From contig QBLT01000002.1 of the NCBI GenBank assembly GCA_003249105.1, positions 2,505 through 66,504 on the forward strand: 64,000 bases of DNA, in the 5' to 3' direction. The translations under genes and the position numbers were made by a program. The notes under the pieces were generated by a model. It was given only the letters and a program-made list of their open reading frames with translations. It searched no databases and was not told the DNA's origin. This DNA comes from Leptolyngbya sp. (lineage in GTDB: Bacteria > Cyanobacteriota > Cyanobacteriia > Phormidesmidales > Phormidesmidaceae). How positions within the stretch are numbered: position 1 is the first letter of the stretch; each line of letters starts with the position of its first letter. Shown here piece after piece: positions 38,974-49,318 of this stretch.

Positions 38974-39708
38974 CTAATCGTCGTTAGAACGGTCTTCAAA
39001 CTGCTGGCGGCGACGGGGTTGACGACGGCGAGGTTGAGCATTGGGGGCAGCAGCCGGAGCTTCTTCTTGGCCAGGAATGATCTCCCCCTTAAAGATCCAA
39101 ACCTTGACACCCAAAATCCCATAGGTGGTTTGGGCCGTGGTGTAGGCGTAGTCAACATCAGCCCGCAGGGTATGGAGAGGTACCCGACCTTCCCGAGTCC
39201 ACTCAGTACGAGCGATTTCTGCACCATTCAAACGGCCGCTTACCTGAATTTTGATGCCCTCCACTCCGGCGCGCTGAGCACGTTGAATCGCTTGGCGTAC
39301 CACCCGACGGAAAGAAACCCGGCGCTCTAGCTGCTGAATAATGTACTCAGCAACAAGGGCAGCGTCTGCATCCACGCGGTTCACTTCCACCACATTGACG
39401 CGGATTTGGCGGTTGGAGTCCTTAAGCAGCTTTTGCACACCCATGCGCAAAGACTCAATCCCTGCTCCACCACGACCTACCACAACGCCAGGACGAGCCG
39501 TACGCAACTCAAGATCAATCTGATCAGCTTTGCGCTCAATGCGAATGTCGGCAATGCCAGCATTGTTCAGAGTCTTTTGAACATACTCGCGAATGCGATA
39601 GTCTTCCTGAAGCAAATCAGGGTAACGCATGCCCTCTGCAAACCAGCGAGAGCGGTGCTCTTGAACTATGCCAAGGCGAAACCCGGTTGGATGAATCTTG
39701 TGTCCCAC
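38974..39708 (-). CDS. rpsC: 30S ribosomal protein S3
   Basis: [29 protein letters not shown]. Confidence 0.99.
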   Translation of the reverse strand: MGHKIHPTGFRLGIVQEHRSRWFAEGMRYPDLLQEDYRIREYVQKTLNNAGIADIRIERKADQIDLELRTARPGVVVGRGGAGIESLRMGVQKLLKDSNRQIRVNVVEVNRVDADAALVAEYIIQQLERRVSFRRVVRQAIQRAQRAGVEGIKIQVSGRLNGAEIARTEWTREGRVPLHTLRADVDYAYTTAQTTYGILGVKVWIFKGEIIPGQEEAPAAAPNAQPRRRQPRRRQQFEDRSNDD

Positions 39709-39774
39709 GAACTAACCCTCTGGAATTTTGGTTTCTGAACAACTGGTGTTTGGACAATGGAATCAGTAGACAAG

Positions 39775-40131
39775 CTATTCAGCAGCCGGAGCCACAGCAA
39801 TAGTGATGTGGCAAGTTGGCTTGCGAATTTGGTAAGCCCGACCCTGGGCTCGAGGGCGAAACCGCTTCAGAGCTGGGCCTGCATCAGCAAATGCCTCGCT
39901 TACCACCAAACCCGCTGGGTCAAGACCATTGTTGTGCTCAGCGTTAGCCACAGCAGAACGCAACACCTTGATAATGGGTTCGCACGCTTTATAGGGCATA
40001 AACTCTAGGATGATTAGCGCATCCCGGTAGCTTTTACCGCGAATTTGGTCAAGCACCCGACGCACCTTACGGGGCGACATGCGCACGTAGCGGGCTACCG
40101 CCTTAACCTGCTCTGAGGTATCCACAGCCAT
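39775..40131 (-). CDS. rplV: 50S ribosomal protein L22
   Basis: [20 protein letters not shown]. Confidence 0.99.
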   Translation of the reverse strand: MAVDTSEQVKAVARYVRMSPRKVRRVLDQIRGKSYRDALIILEFMPYKACEPIIKVLRSAVANAEHNNGLDPAGLVVSEAFADAGPALKRFRPRAQGRAYQIRKPTCHITIAVAPAAE

Positions 40132-40155
40132 TTCTCCAGTTCCTCTACCTAATAC

Positions 40156-40434
40156 CTAACGACGAGCTTTTTTATCGGTCTTAGCGTGGCCACGAAAGGT
40201 TCGCGTGGGGGCAAATTCACCCAGCTTATGGCCTACCATCTGCTCAGTAACGTAGACCGGCACATGCTGGCGACCGTTATGCACCGCGATCGTGTGACCA
40301 ATCATCTGGGGCAAGATCGTCGATGCCCGCGACCAGGTTTTAATTACCTGCTTATCACCCTTGGCATTCAGAGCTTCGACTTTAGATAGAAGATGATCGG
40401 CCACAAACGGCCCTTTTTTTAACGAGCGAGACAT
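40156..40434 (-). CDS. rpsS: 30S ribosomal protein S19
   Basis: [19 protein letters not shown]. Confidence 0.99.
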   Translation of the reverse strand: MSRSLKKGPFVADHLLSKVEALNAKGDKQVIKTWSRASTILPQMIGHTIAVHNGRQHVPVYVTEQMVGHKLGEFAPTRTFRGHAKTDKKARR

Positions 40435-40497
40435 GATTTTTCAGCCCCCATAGCAATCACAACAGCCACGATCAAGAAACAGCAGACAAATTAGTAA

Positions 40498-41361
40498 CTA
40501 AGCGTTACGACCGCCACGACCCCGCTTAGAAACCCGACGGCGACGACGCACAACGTATTTATCGCTATCTTTATTCTTCTTACGGGTTTTATAGCCTAAG
40601 GCTGGCTTGCCCCAAGGGGTCACAGGGCCAGAACGACCAATGGGAGCCCGCCCCTCACCACCACCGTGAGGGTGATCGACCGGGTTCATCACGCTACCGC
40701 GCACCTCGGGACGACGGCCCAACCAACGTTTGCGGCCAGCTTTACCAAGGCTGACGTTGCGGATGTCAGCGTTGCCGACTTGGCCAATGGTGGCGTAGCA
40801 CTCGCGGCGCACCATACGAACTTCCGTAGAGGGAAGCTTAAGGGTGACGTAGTCACCTTCTTTGGCCACAACCTGGGCACCAGTACCAGCAGAGCGCACC
40901 ATCTGCCCGCCCTTACCGGCCTGCATTTCAACGTTATGCACCGTGGTGCCAAGCGGAATCTTGTATAGCGGTAGAGCGTTGCCGATTTCAAGCGGTGCAT
41001 CGGGGCCAGCAACTACCGTTGAACCTACCGTTAACCCCGCAGGACAGAGAATATACCGCTTCTCACCATCTTCGTAATGAAGTAGGGAAATACGGGCGTT
41101 GCGGTTTGGGTCATATTCGATAGATGCGACCTTGGCGGGTATACCGAGTTTGTTGCGATGAAAATCGATCACGCGATACAAACGCTTGTGGCCGCCGCCC
41201 CGGTGGCGACAGGTAATTACCCCCCTGTTGTTACGCCCCTTGGGACGATGGGTGGAGCGAGTTAAAGACTTCTCAGGCTCGCTGCGGGTGATTTCGGCAA
41301 ACTCGGAGACAGTTCGCTCACGAGTACCAGGGGTATAGGGTCGATAGGAACGGATGCCCAT
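40498..41361 (-). CDS. rplB: 50S ribosomal protein L2
   Basis: [21 protein letters not shown]. Confidence 0.99.
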   Translation of the reverse strand: MGIRSYRPYTPGTRERTVSEFAEITRSEPEKSLTRSTHRPKGRNNRGVITCRHRGGGHKRLYRVIDFHRNKLGIPAKVASIEYDPNRNARISLLHYEDGEKRYILCPAGLTVGSTVVAGPDAPLEIGNALPLYKIPLGTTVHNVEMQAGKGGQMVRSAGTGAQVVAKEGDYVTLKLPSTEVRMVRRECYATIGQVGNADIRNVSLGKAGRKRWLGRRPEVRGSVMNPVDHPHGGGEGRAPIGRSGPVTPWGKPALGYKTRKKNKDSDKYVVRRRRRVSKRGRGGRNA

Positions 41362-41423
41362 GGGAATACTTGCTGGCTACACGGCTAAGGTTGAAACAAT
41401 GAAAACCTAAACCCAGTGATCGT

Positions 41424-41729
41424 TTAGAGATCAGGGAAGAGGGGGATAGAGTCTCCAGCGGCCAGAGTGACCACGGAGCGCTTGTAGTGCGGACGATGCC
41501 CGACAAAGCGCCCCATCCGACGCTTTTTCTTAGGAGGGTTGTAGGTGTTGACCGATACAACCTTGACCTCAAACAGTTCCTCGATTGCCGCTTTAATCTG
41601 CAGCTTGTTGGCCCGAGGGTCAACCTCGAAGACGTACTGGTTGTTCTCCAGAAGGAGTGTAGCCTTTTCGGTAATCAGGGGCCGACGAATGAGATCAGCC
41701 AAAGATGGGGTATTGGCGGCGTTAATCAC
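41424..41729 (-). CDS. rplW: 50S ribosomal protein L23
   Basis: [19 protein letters not shown]. Confidence 0.98.
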   Translation of the reverse strand: MINAANTPSLADLIRRPLITEKATLLLENNQYVFEVDPRANKLQIKAAIEELFEVKVVSVNTYNPPKKKRRMGRFVGHRPHYKRSVVTLAAGDSIPLFPDL

Positions 41730-42354
41730 TGTAAACCTCCTGAATAGCCTCTAGGGCAGGGGACGTAATAACAAGGTGGTCAGCATTCAGCAAATCGTGA
41801 ACGTTGAGATTGGCAGCAGTAATCAGTTTGACGTTCTCAATATTGCGGGCCGAGAGATAGACCAGTTCCTGTCGTTCGGCAATGATCAAGAGAATCTTGG
41901 CATTGGGATCGATACCCCAACGAGCAATGGCATCAAGCAGCTCACGGGTTTTGGGGCGAGAAAATTTATCCTCAAACCCCTCGACCACCACTAGATCGTC
42001 GACCCGACTCTGCAAGACAGTGCGTAGAGCTAATCGCCGCTCTTTGCGGTTCATTTTGACGCTGTAGTCGCGAGGCTTAGGACCAAAGATAACGCCACCG
42101 CCACGCCAGAGGGGAGAACGATTGGAACCAGCTCGGGCCCGACCGGTACCCTTTTGACGCCAAGGCTTGCGGCCACCGCCTCTGACCTCAGCGCGGGTTT
42201 TAGTAGAAACCGTGCCTTGACGGGCATTGTTCATCTGACGCACTAGAGCGCGGTGAACAATGTGAGAGGCAGACTCTTCCTTGGCAACCTGAAGATCTAA
42301 GGATGCCGTACCCGCCTCTTGGCCCTCCCAATTTTTTACGACGCACTCAACCAT
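41722..42354 (-). CDS. rplD: 50S ribosomal protein L4
   Basis: [19 protein letters not shown]. Confidence 0.99.
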   Translation of the reverse strand: MVECVVKNWEGQEAGTASLDLQVAKEESASHIVHRALVRQMNNARQGTVSTKTRAEVRGGGRKPWRQKGTGRARAGSNRSPLWRGGGVIFGPKPRDYSVKMNRKERRLALRTVLQSRVDDLVVVEGFEDKFSRPKTRELLDAIARWGIDPNAKILLIIAERQELVYLSARNIENVKLITAANLNVHDLLNADHLVITSPALEAIQEVYSD

Positions 42355-42431
42355 TGTCTGAACCTATCTCTTAAAAAGCTTTGGATGCCCGAAAGTCAAA
42401 GACCTAAACCACTTACTTAATCCTGGAAGAA

Positions 42432-43067
42432 CTAGGCCTTCACCCATTGGGCTGGAGCAATGCTCAGCAAGCCACCGGGCTTGCCAGGAATAGCACCTTT
42501 AATCAGCAGGAGGTTGCGATCGCCATCTACTCGGATCACTTCCAACTTCCGAATAGTCACTCTGGCATTGCCCATTTGACCCGCCATCCGCTTGCCAGGA
42601 TAGACACGACCCGGAGTCGTACCTGCGCCAGTAGAACCGGGCAGACGATGGTTTTTAGAACCGTGGGCCATGGGGCCGCGACGGAAGTTATGACGCTTTT
42701 GGTAGCCCGCGAAGCCGCGACCCATGCTCTTGCCGGTGACATCCACTAGCTGACCCTGGGTGAAGGTTTCAGCGGTGACGGTCTGCCCCAGCTCAAAACC
42801 ATCGGCGGCATCAACCCGATATTCTTTCAGGTGACGCAGAGGAGCGCTGCTAGAGCGAGCCAGATGGCCCAACTCAGGCTTGTTTAGCTTCTTTTCGGTC
42901 ACTTCATCAAAACCTAGCTGGACAGCCGCATAGCCATCGGTATCTGAGGTCTTTATCTGAGTAACAACACAAGGACCGGCCTGCACCACCGTAACGGGGA
43001 TGGCATTGCCTGCCTCATCGAATACTTGGGTCATGCCCAGCTTTTTGCCGAGAATACCGACTGCCAC
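42432..43067 (-). CDS. rplC: 50S ribosomal protein L3
   Basis: [25 protein letters not shown]; GTG start. Confidence 0.99.
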   Translation of the reverse strand: MAVGILGKKLGMTQVFDEAGNAIPVTVVQAGPCVVTQIKTSDTDGYAAVQLGFDEVTEKKLNKPELGHLARSSSAPLRHLKEYRVDAADGFELGQTVTAETFTQGQLVDVTGKSMGRGFAGYQKRHNFRRGPMAHGSKNHRLPGSTGAGTTPGRVYPGKRMAGQMGNARVTIRKLEVIRVDGDRNLLLIKGAIPGKPGGLLSIAPAQWVKA

Positions 43068-43357
43068 AGTCCTGTCTCCCTACTAACACACTACGAAATG
43101 CGCAGGACTCCCCAAAAGGAGAGCTTTGCGCATCAACGACATCAACTTTTGAACACCCCAGACTGAAAAGCTCGCCGGGGTAAGCGTTGCCGGCCTAAAC
43201 CGGTGACTATTCAAAAGAAAATTGACTTGAGCTGACTACGGCTTACTCTGGAGCCAAAACCGCAAACACCTTAATGTTGGGGCATCAGAACAGTCAAATG
43301 CCAGGACTTGGGTAACCCGCTGGACTACTCAGTATCCTTTTTTGTCGGCGATTTACC

Positions 43358-43386
43358 ATAGTACACCCCTTGCCGGCGGATGTCTA
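43358..43386 (-). promoter_or_regulatory. sigma70-type promoter of the rplC operon
   Basis: On the minus strand TAGACA-N17-TACTAT, about 290 nt upstream of rplC. Confidence 0.7.
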
Positions 43387-43536
43387 TACCGATTTTCAAA
43401 AAAGTCGAAAACCTGCTGCTGTCACCCCTGCCCACGGGGGGTGAGCCCGGCAAAGGCTCTAGATTTGCTGGGTTTACTCTTCACTTGAACACAGTACAAT
43501 GACACCTGATAGATAGCCAATGGCCGAGGGTTGATT

Positions 43537-44004
43537 ATGGCGCTGCTGACAACGGGTAAGCCCTTTATGAAGGATTTGGAGAGTAACGGTGCGATCGCCG
43601 TTCGCATGCCCCTAGAGGGAGGGTTTGAAGGTCGCTACGAGCGCCGGTTAAAGGCTGCTGGTTACGAGACAATGAATCTCACGGCTCGTGGGTTGGGAGA
43701 CGTATCGTCTTATCTCACTGGAATCCATGGGGTACGCCCGCCCCACTTAGGCAAGAAAACCTTGGGCAGCGGTGCGGCGGTTGGCTACACTTACTTTATT
43801 CCGCCTATGCTCACGTACCGGCTAGACACTATGTCGGCTAAGGCTAAGGGCATGGTGCTGTGGCTGATTGAGGGGCATATTTTATCGCGCCAGGAGCTGG
43901 CCTATTTGGTTAGCCTGCCGACTATTGAGCCTCGGGTCAAGGTGGTGGTAGAGATGGGTGGCGATCGCGCCTTTAGCTGGAAGCCCTTGGCTAGCCTGAT
44001 TTAA
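43537..44004 (+). CDS. ndhN: NDH-1 complex subunit N
   Basis: PLEGGFEGRY, TARGLGD, GVRPPHLGK. Confidence 0.96.
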   Translation: MALLTTGKPFMKDLESNGAIAVRMPLEGGFEGRYERRLKAAGYETMNLTARGLGDVSSYLTGIHGVRPPHLGKKTLGSGAAVGYTYFIPPMLTYRLDTMSAKAKGMVLWLIEGHILSRQELAYLVSLPTIEPRVKVVVEMGGDRAFSWKPLASLI

Positions 44005-44069
44005 ATTCTGAAATGAGTCAGAAAGGCTGGTTGGCAAAAAGCTGGGGTTAACCCCGTCGGAATTTCCGC

Positions 44070-45398
44070 ATGGCTATTGGAATCGCTCCCGGAGCTGCAT
44101 CTGGGAGCCAACATCAAGAAGGCTCTTTGCCATTGCCCCACCGATCGCTACACATGGGGCAATGGGTAAAACTAATTTGCGGTGCCAGCTACCAGGACAT
44201 GCCAACGGTGCGGCGGTTGGTGATGCTCTATGCCTTAGCGGGAGTAGATTGCATCGACGTAGCAGCCGATGGGGCAGTGGTGTCCGCGGCCCGACAGGGT
44301 CTGGCAGATGCCGTGCGTTTGGCGAAGTATTTGAGTAACGGCGGAGCATCTGCGGAGAATCACAACCATCTAATTCCCGGTTTACCCTGGCTGATGGTGA
44401 GTCTCAATGACAGCGAAGACCCCCACTTTCGCAAAGCTCACTTCGATGCGGCCCTCTGCCCACCCGATTGCGATCGCCCCTGCGAAGCCATTTGCCCCAC
44501 CGCCGCCATTCAGTTTCAGGCTCCTAGCCAAGGGGGCGTGGCGGCGGACCTCTGCTACGGCTGCGGTCGCTGCATCACCGTTTGCCCGATAGCTAATATC
44601 GAAGCCCAGCCTTATATGGCTAGCCCAGAAGCCTTCTCTAGTGAGCATCTGGCCCACATCGACGCCGTAGAAATTCACACTCAAACTGGGCATCAAGCTC
44701 AGTTCGCGCAGCTCTGGCAACGGCTGCAAACCTGGCGGCCCCACCTCAAGCTCATCTCTATCAGCTGCCCCGACGACGACCAGGTAGTTCCGTATTTGTG
44801 GGATCTCTACGCCCTGATGGCACCGCTGGAGGTGCCCCTGATCTGGCAGACCGATGGCCGCCCCATGAGCGGTGACCTGGGCAAAGGCACTACCCACGCC
44901 GCCATTCGTCTGGCCCAAAAGATTCTTGACGCGGGGCCACCGGGCTATGTGCAACCCGCTGGCGGTACCAATGGCTACACTGTAGATAAGTTGCTCAATC
45001 TCGGTTTGGTCAATACAGCGTTTCCACGTCAGCCCAATGCGTCTCAGCCCAGTGCACAGCCTTGTGTTCGCCAAGCTGGGATGACCAACAGCGATACAAC
45101 TTTAGCCTCCAAAACCATTTCGGGCATTGCCTACGGCAGCTATGGGCGATCGCAGGTGCTGCCGCTGCTTGACGCCCTTGACCAAGAACTTCAACCCTGG
45201 TTAGGGAACGACTCCCTTGACCAGCGCACCATCGGTCAAAGCACTTCAGTCTCAAGCAGTGACAGCCTCGCCAAAACAATCGTTGCCCCCTGGCAGCGGC
45301 TAGACAGCAGTGCCCTGGGCCAAGGGTTAACCCTGGCCCGGCAGCTGGTAGGCCAACTCAAATCCCATAGACACTTTTTACCAACACGTTATGGTTAG
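44070..45398 (+). CDS. ldpA: circadian input Fe-S protein LdpA
   Basis: WVKLICGASYQD; two 4Fe-4S motifs (CPPDCDRPCEAICP, CYGCGRCITVCP); WQTDGRPMSGD. Start uncertain. Confidence 0.92.
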   Translation: MAIGIAPGAASGSQHQEGSLPLPHRSLHMGQWVKLICGASYQDMPTVRRLVMLYALAGVDCIDVAADGAVVSAARQGLADAVRLAKYLSNGGASAENHNHLIPGLPWLMVSLNDSEDPHFRKAHFDAALCPPDCDRPCEAICPTAAIQFQAPSQGGVAADLCYGCGRCITVCPIANIEAQPYMASPEAFSSEHLAHIDAVEIHTQTGHQAQFAQLWQRLQTWRPHLKLISISCPDDDQVVPYLWDLYALMAPLEVPLIWQTDGRPMSGDLGKGTTHAAIRLAQKILDAGPPGYVQPAGGTNGYTVDKLLNLGLVNTAFPRQPNASQPSAQPCVRQAGMTNSDTTLASKTISGIAYGSYGRSQVLPLLDALDQELQPWLGNDSLDQRTIGQSTSVSSSDSLAKTIVAPWQRLDSSALGQGLTLARQLVGQLKSHRHFLPTRYG

Positions 45399-47265
45399 CT
45401 ATAGCGACGACCGCTCGATGAGTGCCGGATCGAGCAGCAACGCCCCCGCCAACAACATTTCTGCCACTAATAACTTTGCCGTGGACTTTTTACCCACTGA
45501 ATCTGAAGGGACAGCGCAACACCAGTCTGCCCCTGACCAACACCTGCCCATTGATGACCTCGAGCAAATCCTCAGCATTCTGCCCCCGTCTATCCGTGCT
45601 CAGCTGCTACACCACCCCCAGCGCCAGAGCCTGATTGAAGTTGTTTTAGACCTGGGTCGCCTGCCCGAAGCAAGATTTTTTGGCAGTGTCGAGTACCTGT
45701 CTGAAGAGCCCGTCACCCATGCCGATCTAGACCACTGCATCAAACGGGTGGGTATCTTTGGCGGCGACAACCGGGCCGGCATTGAAAAAACCCTGCACCG
45801 CATCAGCGCCATTCGCAACCGCTCTGGGGAGGTGATTGGCCTCACCTGCCGCGTGGGGCGCGCCATTTTTGGCACCATCGGCATGATTCGGGATCTGGTA
45901 GAAACAGGCCGCTCCATTTTGATGCTAGGACGACCTGGTGTGGGTAAAACAACTGCCCTGCGCGAAATCGCCCGAGTGCTGGCCGACGACCTGCAAAAAC
46001 GGGTGGTGATTATCGACACATCTAATGAGATTGCTGGGGATGGCGACATTCCCCACCCGGCCATCGGTCGGGCCCGGCGCATGCAGGTAGCCCGCCCCGA
46101 AGAGCAACACCGGGTGATGATCGAGGCGGTGGAAAACCATATGCCCGAAGTGATTGTCATCGACGAGATTGGCACCGAGCTGGAAGCCCTGGCCGCTCGT
46201 ACCATCGCCGAGCGCGGGGTGCAGCTCGTGGGTACCGCCCACGGCAATCAGCTGGAAAATCTGATTAAAAACCCCACACTTTCAGACTTGATTGGTGGCA
46301 TTCAATCGGTAACCCTAGGGGATGAAGAAGCGCGTCGTCGGGGCAGCCAAAAAAGCGTGCTAGAGCGCAAGGCTCCCCCGACCTTTGACATCGCCGTGGA
46401 GATGCTAGAGCGACAGCGCTGGGCCATCCATGAGGATGTTACCGTTACGATTGATAACCTGCTGCGGGGGCGACAGCCGGGGCTACAGATTCGCACTGTA
46501 GATGAGAACCAGAAGGTGATCATCACCCACGAGCTACCGGGTTCAGGGCGAGAGGTCGCCAAGCCTTCGCGATCGGGCATGGGCTGGCGCGCAGCAGGGC
46601 AAATGGTGCCGCCAGCCCATGCCGCGATCGCCCAGCGCCCAACAGGCAACAGCAACAACGTTCGGCCCCTGGGTCAGGTCTACAGCCAAAAACCGACCAC
46701 TGACCCCATGTTTGCCCACCTGCTAGAGATGACCCCCGATGATGACATCGTCGGTCCTAATGGGGAAGACGCCATGCGCCTCTATCCCCACGGTCTCAGC
46801 CGTCACCAGATCGAGCGGGTAATTCAAACGCTGCATATGCCTGTAGTGATCACCAAGGATTTGGACAACGCCGATGCGGTGCTGGCGCTGCGATCGCACG
46901 CCAAGGCCCAGGCCAAGCTCAAGCACATGGCCCAGGGGCGGCAGATTCCTGTCCACTTGGTCAAGTCCAACAGCATTCCCCAAATTACCCGCGCCCTTCA
47001 GCGCCTACTGGATCTGGACGACAATCCAGCCGCCATCGATCTGGAGCTGTTTAGCCACAGCGGCGGTGACGATGAGCTAGAAGCCTTAGAAGAAGCTCGT
47101 TTAGCGGTTGAGCAGATTGTAATTCCCAAAGGCCAGCCAGTAGAATTATTGCCCCGCTCAGCCCACATCCGCAAGATGCAGCATGAGCTAGCCGAACATT
47201 ACCGACTCAAATCCCTCAGCTGCGGCGAAGAACCTAACCGACGGCTGCGCATTTATCCAGCCTGA
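45391..47265 (+). CDS. ycf45: Ycf45-like AAA ATPase with C-terminal R3H domain
   Basis: GRPGVGKTT, VIVIDEIG, GTAHG; R3H IRKMQHELAEHY. Confidence 0.88.
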   Translation: MVSYSDDRSMSAGSSSNAPANNISATNNFAVDFLPTESEGTAQHQSAPDQHLPIDDLEQILSILPPSIRAQLLHHPQRQSLIEVVLDLGRLPEARFFGSVEYLSEEPVTHADLDHCIKRVGIFGGDNRAGIEKTLHRISAIRNRSGEVIGLTCRVGRAIFGTIGMIRDLVETGRSILMLGRPGVGKTTALREIARVLADDLQKRVVIIDTSNEIAGDGDIPHPAIGRARRMQVARPEEQHRVMIEAVENHMPEVIVIDEIGTELEALAARTIAERGVQLVGTAHGNQLENLIKNPTLSDLIGGIQSVTLGDEEARRRGSQKSVLERKAPPTFDIAVEMLERQRWAIHEDVTVTIDNLLRGRQPGLQIRTVDENQKVIITHELPGSGREVAKPSRSGMGWRAAGQMVPPAHAAIAQRPTGNSNNVRPLGQVYSQKPTTDPMFAHLLEMTPDDDIVGPNGEDAMRLYPHGLSRHQIERVIQTLHMPVVITKDLDNADAVLALRSHAKAQAKLKHMAQGRQIPVHLVKSNSIPQITRALQRLLDLDDNPAAIDLELFSHSGGDDELEALEEARLAVEQIVIPKGQPVELLPRSAHIRKMQHELAEHYRLKSLSCGEEPNRRLRIYPA

Positions 47266-47416
47266 GACAGAGCGCCCTCAAGCAACCAGTGAATACTATG
47301 ACCACGGTGAGCTATAGAATAAAAACACCGAAATGACACCAGCGCAGCTTTAGCACGGGATCCACTGCCTGTTTTCCCTGGCCTGTCGTTTGACCTAACC
47401 TCTTTCGAAGAATCCT

Positions 47417-47818
47417 ATGAAATCTTTAATTTCTCGTCTCTTGGCCCTGGTCCTCGTGGCCGTTGTTGGCCTCACAGGGTGCAGCGCAGGCACTAGCGGC
47501 ATGCTCACTGGCGACTACCGTCAAGACACGCTGATGCTGGTAGATAGCCTCAGAACCTCCATCAACTTGCCTGACGACGATCCAGCTAAGGTAGAGGCCC
47601 AGGCTGAGGCCAAAGCTGTGATCAGCGATTTTGCCTCTCGCTATCGCCGGGATACTTCCGTAGCCAACCTCAGCTCGTTTACGACCATGCGCACGGCACT
47701 CAATGCGATCGCAGGTCACTACAGCAGCTACCCAAACCGTCCCCTGCCCGAAAAGCTCAAGACTCGCGTTGAGCAAGAACTGAAGCAGGTAGAATCCGCC
47801 CTCAAGCGCGGAGCTTAA
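47417..47818 (+). CDS. psb27: photosystem II assembly lipoprotein Psb27
   Basis: Lipobox LTGC; SFTTMRTALNAIAGHYSSYPNRPLP. Confidence 0.96.
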   Translation: MKSLISRLLALVLVAVVGLTGCSAGTSGMLTGDYRQDTLMLVDSLRTSINLPDDDPAKVEAQAEAKAVISDFASRYRRDTSVANLSSFTTMRTALNAIAGHYSSYPNRPLPEKLKTRVEQELKQVESALKRGA

Positions 47819-47864
47819 TGCTAAAAGCCATATACTTTCATCAAACTTTCTAGCAATTCTGAGC

Positions 47865-47893
47865 AAGAGGTCGTCCATGGACGGCCTCTTTTT
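47865..47893 (+). terminator. intrinsic terminator after psb27
   Basis: AAGAGGTCGTCC-at-GGACGGCCTCTTTTT. Confidence 0.8.
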
Positions 47894-47926
47894 GCTCTGG
47901 GCATAACCCCAAGGAGAAATATTTAT

Positions 47927-47955
47927 TTGACTGGTTGGCGTCAGTTTGCTAGCAT
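47927..47955 (+). promoter_or_regulatory. sigma70-type promoter for the rpmJ operon
   Basis: TTGACT-N17-TAGCAT, 30 nt upstream of rpmJ. Confidence 0.7.
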
Positions 47956-47985
47956 AGCAATTCTGTAGTGAAGTGCGAGTTGGAC

Positions 47986-48099
47986 ATGAAAGTCCGTGCG
48001 TCTGTGCGCAAGATGTGTGATAAGTGTCGTGTGATCCGCCGCCGTGGCCGGGTCATGGTGATTTGTTCTAACCCCAAGCATAAGCAACGACAGGGGTAA
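47986..48099 (+). CDS. rpmJ: 50S ribosomal protein L36 (Zn-binding form)
   Basis: Below the ORF-track cutoff; hand translation [37 protein letters not shown]. Confidence 0.99.
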   Translation: MKVRASVRKMCDKCRVIRRRGRVMVICSNPKHKQRQG

Positions 48100-48312
48100 T
48101 CGAGGTCTGGCAGGATGTTCACACTGTTGTGAACATCGCTCTAATATGCCAGATAGTGCTGAGTATACTGACTTAGAGCAACTGAATCTAAACATTCTGT
48201 TCGAGTTTTTGTATAAGGCTTTTGACGGTTTGGGCAGCAGCCCAACGTAGCAGACTGAGTAGCCGTAACTGGGCTGCATGGTTGAAACCATACACTGGGG
48301 GAATAGTTAAAG

Positions 48313-48696
48313 GTGGCACGGATAGCAGGCGTGGATTTGCCACGCGACAAACGAGTTGAAATTGGCCTGACCTATATCTACGGTATCGGCCCCACCCGTT
48401 CTAAGGAAATTCTCGCTAAAACCGGGGTCAATCCCGACGTGCGGGTTAAGGACTTAACCGATTCGGACGTAGCTAAGCTACGGGATTCCGTTGAGAGCGA
48501 CTACCAAGTAGAGGGCGATCTACGACGGTTGGAAAGCATGAACATCAAGCGATTGATGGACATCGGCTCCTACCGCGGACGGCGTCACCGCGCTGGCCTA
48601 CCAGTGCGCGGTCAGCGTACCCGAACCAACTCTCGCACCCGCCGTGGTGGTACCCGTCGCACAGTGGCTGGCAAGAAGAAGGCCCCACGCAAGTAA
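48313..48696 (+). CDS. rpsM: 30S ribosomal protein S13
   Basis: [30 protein letters not shown]. Confidence 0.99.
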   Translation: MARIAGVDLPRDKRVEIGLTYIYGIGPTRSKEILAKTGVNPDVRVKDLTDSDVAKLRDSVESDYQVEGDLRRLESMNIKRLMDIGSYRGRRHRAGLPVRGQRTRTNSRTRRGGTRRTVAGKKKAPRK

Positions 48697-48859
48697 AACC
48701 GCTTCGCCTCAGCCTCCAGTCCTGCGGGGGTTGGAGCAGAAAGCTCGCTAAGCTTTGTAGCGAGTTTTTCTGACTGTTTACCGGTGTTTGCTAATGTTAG
48801 TGGCCCACCGACAATCGTATTGACTCAAGTTTCCTTGAATTGAATTTAGTGACAACGCT

Positions 48860-49252
48860 ATGGCCAAACCGACTCGAAAGACTGGACCTCGTAAGAGTAA
48901 GAAGAACGTACCGAGCGGTGTCGCTCACATCCGTTCAACTTTCAACAACACCATTGTGACTATTACTGACCAGTCAGGGGAAGCAATTTCCTGGGCTTCA
49001 GCAGGCTCTAGTGGATTCAAGGGAGCAAAGAAAGGCACCCCCTTTGCCGCTCAAACAGCAGCCGATAGCGCTGCCCGACGAGCAATGGATCAAGGGATGC
49101 GGCAGATTGAAGTTATGGTGAGCGGCCCTGGGGCTGGTCGCGAAACCGCTATCCGTGCCTTACAGGGAGCGGGTTTAGAAATTACTCTTATCAGAGATGT
49201 TACTCCTATCCCCCACAACGGTTGTCGACCACCCAAGCGTCGTCGGGTTTAG
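48860..49252 (+). CDS. rpsK: 30S ribosomal protein S11
   Basis: [29 protein letters not shown]. Confidence 0.99.
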   Translation: MAKPTRKTGPRKSKKNVPSGVAHIRSTFNNTIVTITDQSGEAISWASAGSSGFKGAKKGTPFAAQTAADSAARRAMDQGMRQIEVMVSGPGAGRETAIRALQGAGLEITLIRDVTPIPHNGCRPPKRRRV

Positions 49253-49318
49253 GTACTTATCAGTATCAGTGGCGCAGTTGGCGGGCAGGGTATCGCGAGG
49301 TTTAAGGGAGGCAGGATT

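Noticed and set aside
43187-43200. CCGGCCTAAAC resembling a c-di-GMP-I riboswitch segment
   Set aside because: The GGCAAA...GAAA...GACGCAAAG elements are missing, and it is on the strand opposite the rplC leader.
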